Part shown: positions 51,101-61,668 of the stretch, in pieces | Numbering within the stretch: the stretch's first letter is position 1 | Layout: every line of letters starts with the position of its first letter | From: Botryllus schlosseri | Taxonomy: Eukaryota | NCBI GenBank assembly: GCA_051294905.1 | Contig: CM119371.1 | Span: 10,728,001-10,792,000 of the forward strand | Length of the DNA: 64,000 bases | Direction of reading: 5' to 3' | Translations under genes and position numbers: made by a program | Notes under the pieces: generated by a model | Databases searched by the model: none | Told to the model about the DNA's origin: nothing | Seen by the model: the letters and a program-made list of their open reading frames with translations, nothing else

Positions 51101-54100
51101 TCGACTTGGACTCGAGTCATTGTGCATGACTCGAACCAAGCCATATGACTCAAGACTATAAAACATCCAAGACCGACATTTCATTGTAATTTCGAAGAAC
51201 AGTAAAGTGACCACCCAGTTGGAATTTCATCTATTGACACTGGTACTGGACAATGCGACAAGAAACTGCTCAAACGGAGGAAAATTAGTAAATCATAAAT
51301 CCAAATCATTCAATATCACCAAACAACGTTGACTTGAGTGTGATTTGAACTCGAAATCGAGGCATAATACCATGACTCGGACTCGACCCTCTGCTCGGTG
51401 ACTTGGACTTGGACTCGGACTTGACTCAATGGTTAATTGAAAATAATTCGACTTGACTCGAGTCAAAACTATGAAAGTGAATTTGACTTGTGACTCGGAA
51501 CCTCACTACTTGGTCACAGCCCTGATACATAACATACACGTGATCAGATTCCCCGCCAGAGCTCATTGAAATCTAGGACACCCATTACGTTTCGGCATCA
51601 TTGCACCAAGTTTAACATGTCTTTTTCCGGGTAGCTGTTTGCTAAAATAAAGCAAGACTAGCGAAATAAAGCAAGACTAGCGATCTCTTTGACTTGAATC
51701 GATGACGTTGTAATATTTTGTCACTGTCTGGACACGTTGACTTGAAAATAGGGGGATTTGTATATGAAAAAGAGATTTCAAATAGCATTTGAACATACTT
51801 TCAGCAAACAAAAACGAGCCATAAGGAGCATGAGTTCGGATATAACTGGTTGACTACATGACAGTTCGGATATGAGCAATTTGGGAAATTCGTTACAATT
51901 CTAAAGTGGAATTCCTCCCTAAAAATTGCAAAAACAATTCTTAAGTGGAATTCCTCCCTAAAAATTGCAAAATTCCCCCCAAGGGAGGAATTCCTCCCCG
52001 GTTGGGAACCACTGGATTAGGGATTTAAAGAGTATCAAAAGAACCCAGGCTGGCATGAAGCAAGCGTACAAGGCAGTAGAACAGGCCGCACTTCGGTGGT
52101 AATTCAGTGTCTAGGGACTGAATATGACTCTTCCAGCACATGTCCGAGTCCAATAAAACCCCGAAATATTTGGCATTATCTGTGTTGGAAACGGGCTGAC
52201 CAGCGATGATAACGGTTGGATTATTTTTTGAATTTACTGTTAGCAATTGGTATTTCGAGGCGTTTATGCAAATGTTATTCTGGACCGTCCACTCGTGCAC
52301 TTTAGGCATTTGATCACCATTCAGGCTATCCAGCTCTGCCGTTCAAGATGCAGAAGAGAGGAGGTCAGTATATTCAGCGAACAGTGTGGTGTTCAATGAG
52401 GAGGTTTCAAATATGTCGTTGACATATAAGGTGAAGAGGATTGGTCGAAGTACTGAGCCTTGGGATACACCACAGGTTACCAGGTGAGAAGAGGACAAGG
52501 TGTTTGACATTGCAATTAATTATTCAATCTCATATTCAATTTTGGTGCCATGTATGTTGCAATCATACCCAATGTTGTCGTCAGATGCGTAACGTGTCAA
52601 TATTAAATTCGCATCTGCCTATCTTTGTGGAAATGGATATTCGCCGCTCGTTCACATCAAATCGATTTTCAAGACACGAACAAATAATTTAGGAAATGCC
52701 GCTCCAGAGTTCGCTCTGAGGAAATAAAAGTCTATACCAGTATTATGCTATATTTAAAAATAGTCATTTTGTCGCTGTTTATCACTATCCTACAAGTAAT
52801 ATTTGAACAAGACAGATAACGATTGCACGATGACTTAGCTGAATTTGAGCTAAAACTTGTGAGGGTAGGCAGGGTCCTCGATGGTCCAAAAAGGGTATGC
52901 GAAAACATGGGGGTTGCGAACCACTGCCTAGTATAGGGTAAGTAGAATGATATGGATCGCAATAACAATAGATTAAATCTATGTGTTACACATAAGTGAT
53001 ATTTCTGGTTGTACGATTGGTTACTCTCACAAATCTTTTAGTATCGTGAAATATGTTTATATATATATGTGTGTGTTTTATATGACCCTGAAACTGTTTA
53101 ATATGGCGTTTGACGTCATGGGTTTACAAAATTTAATATTTCGCGGATTAAGTTAAATCCTCAAACAGAACCTTTGCATCACGAATATTCGATCTCATGC
53201 ACCAAATGATCTTCAAATATGCATGCAAGAGTATAAATTGTATATATTCAGTGAAAACGGATATAAAACAATACATATTGTGGCAGAATACTCCGAGGTA
53301 TGTTTTCTGTCACACATTGCGAGTAAATATCTCAGTATTATTCTTTATATATCTTTCTTATTTGTTCCCTAGAAGCATTCAACCTCTTTCTGCCTACCAC
53401 GCAGTGTACAAAACGGTTTGTCGGAAAATCGTTGAGTTCGATAGCTTGATCAATCTGTGAGTACAAGATTTCACAACGAAATATATTTTGTATTCGTCAT
53501 TTTCTTACAGAAATCAGTTGTTCTGGTGATGAGTTCGAATGTCAAGACCCCTCGAACAAGTGTATTCTTGCTTCAGCATTCTGCGATGGACGCATAGACT
53601 GCAGGTATAGTCTACGACAATTCACGGTATAACCAATTAAAGCCATCACCAGCCGATTTAGATTTGGTATCTAGAATTCTTTCAAATTTCCAATACCAGA
53701 CGACTATTTTTGTGAACGTTTCATGCATCACGTTCATACTATCCATATGTAAAAATAGACGTTACTTCCACGGTCACTATTAATACCTTATTAAATATTT
53801 TCAGCGATGGAAGCGACGAAGACACATCTTCACCAGCAGCCAATTCGGGGTATCGAACTTGCTTCGGAATGAACACTTTTAATGCGAGGTGGGGACCATG
53901 TCAGCTGAGGGAAGAATACTATTGTGACGGAAACACAATGTGTGCAGAAGGTATTGTTTTTAATGCTTCTGTTTGCTGTGAGTTGTATGAATGATTTAAT
54001 TCAAAATACCACACACTAACTTAAAAACAGAAAGGTAAAATGTTGGAGTGTGAAAGTACATTATGGATGTAGTGTAGAGTATCTTATTTTGGAATAGGGA

Positions 54101-57100
54101 GGATTGTTGCTGTTTACCCCAAACCGATATTGTTGACTAGTTTCTGAGCTGCCGACATATTATAGCAAAAACAAACTAGGCCTACTTTATAGGCAGAGCG
54201 ATCGAAGTTTTTTGTGTTTTTTCTCTTCTTATGATCTGAGTCTGAAGTGCTGGCGTGGGTACGCTGTCGCATACTAGCGGAATAATAAACCCAAAGAGGA
54301 TATCGAGAAGCGCTCTCGCCGCTATTTGGGAGGAGTGAATGACAAGAGGTGTAAATTCGGCTTTTAAAGAATAAGTAAATTTGGATAAAGCTTGATGCCC
54401 AAGGCTTTTGAATATGCCAGTACATTTACTATAGTTTTAATATTTGCGACTTTGCGACTTTTTGCGACTCCTTTTTGATAGGGTGTTGCACGGGATTACT
54501 AAACAACAAACGGATACAAAAAACTGAAATCATATTTCCAAAGTCAGCTCCGTAGAGAGCGCGGTTTTTATCATTGTAATTATGACGCCGTCGCCTTCTG
54601 TTGACAAAATTTGTTTATTGAGATATCCGACAGAGACATGGTAAAGGTGCCTGGGATTGCCTACAATTGCTATAGACATAGCATGTAGTCATTAAATAGA
54701 ATGAACTCTTACTGTTAACAGATGTGGATGAATGCTTCTGTGGAGAGAAAATGCAAGGTAATAATCAATATAAAACTTTTCTTGGGTAAGTACGAGCTTG
54801 TTATACAGGGAAGAGAATGGAGTAAACTGTACAGCATTGCAAAATAGTCTACAAATTCATAACGAAAGGTCGCTTGGTTACTAAAACATTGTAGCCTATG
54901 TGTCGAACGGAATCAAATTCACTTTGAATTTGTGGGTTTGAGAATCGTAATCATTCCTATTGACATGTGTAATTGTTGAACTGTTATCTGTAATTATTGT
55001 CTGGTGGTCGATGACTAGACCCGGCATGAAAGGTCATTAGTTACAGGTATCAATTTACGAGTCTTACAGGATATTAAGAGATTCTACATACTCTGGTCTT
55101 ATGAAATCAACAACGCAAATGAATTGTTATTTGTCGAAGTGAACATTTGATGATCAACGAATGCAGATTTGATAAATGAAATTTATTCGAGATCGTCTTG
55201 ACGACGCTGGGATGCGCTGCTTTGGAAGTTGTCCAAAAAATGTCGCTATCAGCAAGGTATGCGACGGAAAGTTTGATTGTCCTGATCTGACTGACGAATG
55301 CCTTTGCCAATCGACTAAACGTCCAGAGATTTGTGGAAGACTTGAATGGGGTATAAAATATTGTTTTATTGGGTTGAATAGATATGGCTGTTTCTAATCG
55401 ATATAAATATTTGATATCACAGAAGGTCAGCAACCCCATCTTTGGTGCAAGGAATCAAACAATTCACAACGGGTTAATGCCACTGCAACACAGGTGTGCC
55501 AAATGAAGTATGTATTGTAGGTCCTGGTCCATACATTTGACCGTACTGCAAGTCACATGAGATTAAATGTACTGCCGATTCCCTAACTGAACTAGCTGTG
55601 CGGAGGTCTTTATCTAATCCTGCACTACCACTTTGATGTGAATCCGACACGTTTTATTCCAAAGCAGAACTTTCACACATCCACGATGGCTGGTTTCTAG
55701 GTTGTGGCAACCTGGTTAGCTTGTTGTAAGACAAATGCAGTAAACACTGTGCTAAACACTGTGCGAGATTTCACCGCCACTGTGACTCTTAGGCAAAGAA
55801 TCATCGATACTTATGCGACTTCAAACCGGGCATTGTAAACTGAACAGCCATTTACATCGAATAAGTTATCACGACGATGTTCTTTGTACGACATGCGGCG
55901 AGACTGAAACGGTAAGGCATTTATTTGCCCCAATGTACTCGCTATAACTATTTTTTATTGGAATAGCAGAACGGAGCCAAATGTCCATTGATATTATAAC
56001 GCTTCTCGGCAACTAACCAAGAGGCAACTTTATTCTATAATAGATAAATCGAGTGGTCAAACTTACAAAATTTAGACTTGGTACAAAACGCCATAGTTGC
56101 TAAGCACCATAATCCTCATGCACTGGGTATATTATTCACGTTGAATCATGCTGCAATTATAGAAACAATTTGGTAGGAACGTCTTTGGAGTTTTAGTCTT
56201 GTAAAGAACTTGCTGATTTCTGGCGGATTTCAATACCGTGTGGACGGGGTAATTTGCATGATATCGTTCTTCAGATTCCGCTCGGAATTGCGTCACTTCT
56301 TTAGGTTTTCAAAAAGTACGGATATATTTACGCCAGTAGATTACTGCGCGTGGATGACTCGGGCGATTAGATGCTCTCCTTGTCATCTCTATGGTTTTGT
56401 TACAGTCATTTCAAGTTGGTGCAATAGTTTAGATGTCGTATTGTATTGTGGTTGATGGGAAAGGGGAATGAACAATTCAATTATACAGACGACGACCAAT
56501 TAATGAAGTCGATTTCATTAAAATACATTCGCTGAGAGGGAGCACAATGCGGTGTCATTGACCATATTTCTACAAACACATAAATGGGTGATAACATGCC
56601 AATGGATGATCACTGAAATGACATATTTTTCTTTATTAGCTCTGACTGCAGCTTTGCTGAAAATAAAAAGCACTGCGATGGTGAGATGACGCATTTATTG
56701 TCAGCTGATTTCTGCGAATTAAAATGTGTATAGTTGGGTCTACATTATTAATTCGATCGGTGTCCCCTCGCACATATGTTTGCATAAAGTAGCAAATTGT
56801 CTCGAGACATTAGATAGGTGTATGTATTTCGGGCTCCCCACGTTATAGTAGTGACCAGGAGAATCTTTGATCTGAATGCCGGAAGCTCTACCAAATAAAA
56901 TCGATTGAATTCACAGGGGGACTGCAATTTGATATTTTGAATGGTTCATGGATTGAATAATTTTAGCACATACACCGAAAGCCTATATGTTAAATTAATA
57001 TATTATGTATTTTATAGCATATTTATTGACCTAACATCTTTTAATGTGCGTTCTGAATATAATGTTGTCTGAAATTAAAGATAAAACTGGGAGAGAACTT

Positions 57101-60100
57101 CTGGCCGCAACCATTTTCTTCAGGCAGACACCGTGCTGGAACTTCAGATTAAAGTTAATCCAACTATTCCCATTGCACGCAATGTGTATGAATAACTTTC
57201 CTGGGGGTCGCGGCAGGTCATCTTTGCTGCTTAACCCGCTGCAAAATTGCTGCGGCCTAAATACCCCCCTCATTTTATGTTTAATTTGCGACCATCTATT
57301 ATTTGGATCGCAGTGTCACACGATTTTCTAATGAATTTGCGAAATTCTGAATATGAGCGCTCATTAGAACACTCACTTCGTGAACATAGGCCCGAAATCT
57401 CCATTCCGTCTCTTTATTTGTCATTGGCGGAACATAATACTGTTGGTTGGAAAAATGCAAATAGCGATAAGTAGATAGGTCACAAAAATGACGAAATAGA
57501 AGAAAAACTAGCGGGAAATTTAACTAACCTTGGTTTGCGCAACAAGTAGAAGAAAACCATTTGAATGGGTTGGGTTCGGGTGGGGGTAAGGTTAATTTAC
57601 GTTGCGGTTGGGCTAAAGGTTAAGGGGAAGTTTAGGGTCATGGGTGCGTTTGGCAATCGCGATTTCCTTATAAATCTATAGCTAGTCGTTATTTTTGCTA
57701 ATATGATTAATTTAAAAGAACATTGTGTTGTGCAGTGTGTCGTGTGTGGACTGTGAATCCGCTCACTCCATAGCGCGTTCTAGTAAATTCTTTTACCATT
57801 AGCACGACATCCTGATACATGAGATAACAACATTAAATTTCGTAGGAGAGCTAGGATATCACAACATCGTCGAACACTGAAAATATGGTAAACACTACCA
57901 ATACTCTGAAGTGGTATCGATTTCCTTGGTTTGTTAGGACTTCCATACATTTTGATAAGAATTGAATCCCATCGTGATAACAATTTCATGAGAAATTTAT
58001 AAATCTGGTCGATCTCAATTTTGGTTAATGTCTCAAGAATACTCTTCCCGACGATTAAGTCCCATTTTTCGTTTGCTTACAGGAATATCACACGAACGAT
58101 GCTATCCAGCCGGACCTGGTAAGTAACAATATCTACATTTGTTAATTGCATTGGACTATGAAGTTGGAATTTCTAACTATAGCACAATATAGCGACGTTT
58201 ATTTACCTGTACAAATTGTCGGTTATATTTCGATTGTATATTAATGTAGCCCAGACAAATTGAACATGAGCCGAGTTGACGCTGGTTTTCTCGTAGCGGA
58301 TTATCTCAAAAAGATTTTATAGTGATACTGTTTATGATATAGCAGCATATAGCACACAGACGTAATTTGAAATAGTAGTCAACGCAATTAGACTGAATGG
58401 TGAGTAGTTACGATGCTGCTGCATCACTCATTTATTCAACTCTCCCTCGGTGGCTTTGGTTCATGACCCTATATGGGGGTCAAATGCCAACGTTTCTTTT
58501 GTGTGTGTGTGTGTGTGTGTGTGTGGAGGGGGGGGTGTAGAGGTATTGTGTCGCCCTGGGCGTACGCTTAGGCTAATACGATATGGTTACCATAAGTCCT
58601 CTATTAAGAGGATTTGTCCACTATTTTGGCATTTTAGAAAGTATCTTCGAAGTACACTCAAATGTTCTCTTATTTGAGATTCGTCCGCATTTTTGAAAAT
58701 TTCGGAGAAATTATACTTCGATATAGCAAATCAGCACTCAAGTAACGGTCCGGCGGGTCTTTCGGGAGATGAGCCAAAACGACGACCTTTTTTATTTTTA
58801 GTCAATACCACCAATTTTTTTGCGTAAAAATTGCCGGATGACCACTTTTTTAGTCAACCAACTACAAACTCGGGATAAATTTACCAATTTTTCCAGATTT
58901 TACACCGGTTTCCAAATTTTGAAAAAGTGTCCTCTTTTCAGATTCTCAAAATACGTTAACCCCTATAACGGAGGTCTCAAAAAGGCGGCCCGCCAGACCT
59001 TTTAGTGCAGCCCGCGAGGGCATTTCGGATTTTGAAGCATTCGGCAATATTCAACTATCAATTTCTATTTTAATTTGAGATTTTGAATTTCGCTCTCAAA
59101 CTACCACGGAAGCCTGAAACTACTCATCAAACTTCACTATTACATCAATTTCAAAAGTTATCACGTAGTGAAAGGTCAACAATTGCGTGGCATTACTTGT
59201 TCATCATGGTAAAACATGACCCGTTGAGGATTGGTGACCAAAAATTGTGATTTGGACTTGGTCGCGACCTTCTGTAGAACTACTTATACTCAGACTCGCC
59301 TCGTCAAACGTTACAATCAGAGAAGGAATTTTGTGACTCAGAATGCCGTGACTTGGTACAACCATGGACGAAACAAACTATCAAAGTGGTATGAGAAACA
59401 GTAAAATATCAAAAGCTCGTAGCTTGAGTTGCGTAGCTTATTAAGATATCTAAGCAGGTCGGTATGGCAACCGCCATTGGCATCTTCAATTCTACCTATA
59501 TTTGTTGGACGTCAAATGTTCACTAGCTGCAATATTATAACGCTTTTACGATGTCCTGATGCATTTGCACTGTCAAATGGTGTCTACAACTAATAATTTC
59601 GACAAGCTATGCCCAGTATAGCAACAATTTTATTTAAAAATGTGATTTTTGTCGTGCCAGACGTGGATTCAAAATAGTAAATCACATTTTCACGATGCGT
59701 GGGGAATGTGAATCTGCAAGGTCCCGTCAAATATGGCCTCCTTGGAAATACATTGAATTCCCCTATTATTGGTCCTGTGGCCCGCGGCATCATCAAAAAA
59801 TATAGGAAATTGGCCTTCGAGCACATTTGACTTTGAGACCTCTGCTCTATAATATGCGAATAGGAACTGAATGCGATCTGAATTTAGAACATTTAAAAAA
59901 ATTTAAAGCGTCAGGACATGTCCCATCATTTTTGCAAACTACGACAGCAGTTTCCAATTTGCCAACTCTTCCCTCTGCAGCCAGCACAACAAAAACCTAT
60001 CTGTTGTTGATTTCTTATCTCAGGGAGGATATGTTTCTACGAAACACAACCCGCAATATCCATCGCTACGTGCCTGCGTGACAACCTACATTGCAAGATG

Positions 60101-60117
60101 TTTCTTGACCAACATCA
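42181..60117 (+). CDS. Secreted/cell-surface LDL-receptor class A repeat protein gene, 3'-partial, possibly a pseudogene
   Basis: Phase-consistent exons 42181-42241 (signal peptide MMRLLCFFTAAVVVVVAGVQ), 43272-43362, 46426-46559, 48323-48416, 48920-49059, 53511-53604, 53805-53950, 54722-54757, 55192-55350, 55423-55507, 56489-56587, 56640-56680, 58083-58118, 60024-60117. LDLa motifs C...F.C....C......CDG..DC.DGSDE. Exons after 55507 are less certain. Confidence 0.8.
42732..43090. mobile_element. hAT-type MITE with CCGGA repeats
   Basis: TAGTGCG(G/A)AGC TIR, perfect 8-bp TSD ATTCCTAC. Confidence 0.82.
43272..43362 (+). CDS. LDLa exon 1 (DQICSNEQFRCDDVTCLPKSLICDGKRDC)
   Basis: Canonical LDLa cysteine and acidic pattern; tttcag/gtaatc. 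Confidence 0.9.
43537..45038. mobile_element. hAT-type non-autonomous element with TGCGCA repeats
   Basis: TIR CAATGTTCCCTCTAA, perfect 8-bp TSD CTTGGGAG; matching right-end fragment near 4080-4203. Confidence 0.88.
45790..46122 (+). mobile_element. 3' fragment of a CR1/L2-type LINE
   Basis: Matches the reverse complement of the 3' region at 49860-50110 (ACCGGACCACGAC, TTACTTTTCATTCAG.TGCATGCCT, GGCTAGG). Confidence 0.6.
46426..46559 (+). CDS. DGSDE plus 3-Cys spacer exon, module 1
   Basis: SDGSDEPYASSYQDNGTLCRRSRPPNILCILPLELQQEKQSLCRD; phase 2 to 1. Confidence 0.82.
47014..47671. mobile_element. Buster-type MITE containing a SINE
   Basis: TIR CAGTGGTTCCCAACC, perfect TSD CACTAAGC. Confidence 0.88.
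47305..47580 (-). mobile_element. tRNA-derived SINE copy
   Basis: Similar to 16957-17231 (GTCGACCTCGGTCGGACT.GAAC.C..ACCCATTGGTGTTGC). Confidence 0.75.
48323..48416 (+). CDS. LDLa exon 2 (IRCFEDEFECRKPPRVCIPASEFCDSQEDC)
   Basis: LDLa pattern, ttacag/gtacgc, 94 nt. Confidence 0.9.
48920..49059 (+). CDS. DGWDE plus 3-Cys spacer exon, module 2
   Basis: SDGWDEPQYATEGDDNRTLCRGTSLFSAALCVLPPDLEQDRNRLCRD; tcacag/gtgagt; paralogous to 46426-46559. Confidence 0.85.
49100..49292 (+). mobile_element. SINE copy lacking the tRNA head
   Basis: AAGCGGTGTCTTACAAATAGCC core and GTAGTCGACAAACA...ACCACAAACAAC tail shared with the other copies. Confidence 0.65.
50575..52014. mobile_element. Buster-type MITE inserted in the LINE remnant
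   Basis: TIR CAGTGGTTCCCAACC, perfect TSD GATTAGGG; longer relative of 47014-47671. Confidence 0.88.
50982..51523. mobile_element. GACTCG-repeat hAT MITE nested in 50575-52014
   Basis: CAGGGTTGACC...GGTCACAGCCCTG; similar to 28808-29342. Confidence 0.8.
53511..53604 (+). CDS. LDLa exon 3 (ISCSGDEFECQDPSNKCILASAFCDGRIDC)
   Basis: LDLa pattern, ttacag/gtatag, 94 nt; paralog of 48323-48416. Confidence 0.9.
53805..53950 (+). CDS. DGSDE plus next LDLa-like exon
   Basis: SDGSDEDTSS...TCFG...CQLREEYYCDGNTMCAE, continuing to DVDECFC in 54722-54757. Confidence 0.85.
55192..55350 (+). CDS. LDLa-like exon (MRCFGSCPKNVAISKVCDGKFDCPDLTDECLC...)
   Basis: VCDG..DC.D..DE motif; the acceptor needed for frame is an atypical GAG. 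Confidence 0.8.
55790..56115 (+). mobile_element. 3' remnant of a second I-group LINE
   Basis: Translates as ILMRLQTGHCKLNSHLHRI...LCTTCGETETVRH, matching ILFRLRSGHCRPNSHLFKI...LCSLCCVPDTVSH of the 1242-aa ORF; degenerate 3' stem-loop near 56080-56110. Confidence 0.78.
58500..58524. repeat. (TG)n microsatellite
   Basis: About 12 TG units. Confidence 0.95.
58969..59844. mobile_element. Buster/Charlie-type MITE
   Basis: C(G/A)GAGGTCTCAAA TIR, TSD CCCTATAA/CTCTATAA, GGCCCGC subterminal motifs. Confidence 0.78.
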
Positions 60118-61153
60118 GTGAGTATCAGTTAAATGATAATGACTGCTGCAAGGTATTGCAATGGCTGAATTAAAAACAATGGAGTTGAGTATGTTTAGCG
60201 AAATAAAAATCGATATTCATTTAATTGTGAGGACCAAGATAAGCAGAATTTAGTATGCAATGTGTAAAAAAAACGGAAAATCATTATTATTGTAATACGA
60301 TCTTATTCAAGCCGTCGCGATCAAGTAAACCCGGATCAACGTTTCACAATGAAAATTCAGATCTATCATCATAATGCATACTACAGTTGCAAAATACCCC
60401 TATATAATGCCATTTGTCATTTAATCAACGTTTACACGTTTCGAATAAGGAATAATTTTATTTACCTATAACAAAGTATACTACTTTGTGAAGCGTCATG
60501 ATGGCTCATAACCAAATAATTCTTACTATAATTTACAAATATACCAATTTAGTACACATACGGAGGGCTTGTACATTAGTAATATTTATAAAGGAATGGT
60601 CAGTTGAGCGGATTTTTTCCAAATATGTTTGGTACTCTCACTTTTCGTTTCACTCCACACATGCGATTTAACAACGCACTGATTATATTGCTCGCGTTCC
60701 GCGTGTGAACCTCAGAAATTTAAAGTTGCACGTTGACAAACAAACCTTTTTCATATATTACAATTTCCAATTCATTATAACATCCTTGGTTGGAATTTAC
60801 TGCATTCAATTGCGGGGCACTCTATGCATGTCGCTGACAGCATAACAAATCAACACCAAACGAAAATGCACTTAGACAATCTCAAAAATTTTACTATCTT
60901 TGTTACAAAAGTTTGCCCGAATATTTACTGACTCTCTTCTGTTCGCTTGACCCACAATCGCACGATATCAAGGGCGATATACTGTACATGTTGTCAGCGA
61001 ATGATGCTTGTTCAAGCAAGCAATGAAATTGATATCGTTGTCTGATGCAAAAAATCTAACAGGCGCACGGGGTCAATCTTCACTTTATTTGTTGACTGTA
61101 TCATAAAAATCAAAGCCTTGAGATTGGGGTGTTGGCTACTGCTGTATAGAAAC

Positions 61154-61668
61154 TAGGGCTGGGCACAATGATTCGAGTACTCGAATCTGAATCGAGTATT
61201 AATTTTAATGATTCGAGTCGAGTAGTAAAAGACGAGTTTTTCGAGTACTAAATTATACGCTTCTCGCTACTGAAAGTTAATTTATCAATGAGAATTATAG
61301 TTTTGATACTAATTTTCACTGTTGAAGCGTTGAAACCTTGATTAGCCGTATCGTAGCATGCGAAACATCTAGTACAAAGCTACGAAGGCTACTGGACGTA
61401 GCACATTTCCGAAATCATGATTATCCAACAACATTGTCATCAAGTGGAATGAATTCGGTATGGTCGAAAATTACCAGAGTATCATTTATGAGAAGGATAA
61501 CAGGCATTATATTCTTTGTGGTGGGATAAAAGATACATATTTGCACTTTGACGTATTGTATTATGGTATGACGTCATAATGAGTGATACTCGATTACTCG
61601 ACTCGACTCGAAGCATATTACGTGATTCAGAATCGAATCACTCAGGTACTCGATTTTGCCCAGCCCTA
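61154..61668. mobile_element. hAT-type MITE with TCGAGTA repeats
   Basis: TIR TAGGGCTGGGCA, perfect 8-bp TSD ATAGAAAC. Confidence 0.88.

Larger units (their letters stand above)
49852..52480 (-). mobile_element. Decayed CR1/L2-type LINE (RT 3' half to tail)
   Basis: Minus-strand GVSQGSVLRPILFTLYVND...LFAEYT, KYFGVLLDSDMCWKSHI, IQSKLQLGILCWG...LQHKVFRII; (ATG)n tail; interrupted by the MITE at 50575-52014. Confidence 0.85.

Noticed and set aside
48323..53604. Mutually exclusive splicing of the two 94-nt LDLa exons
   Set aside because: A partner exon at 48920-49059 restores frame between them, so they fit a tandem constitutive model.
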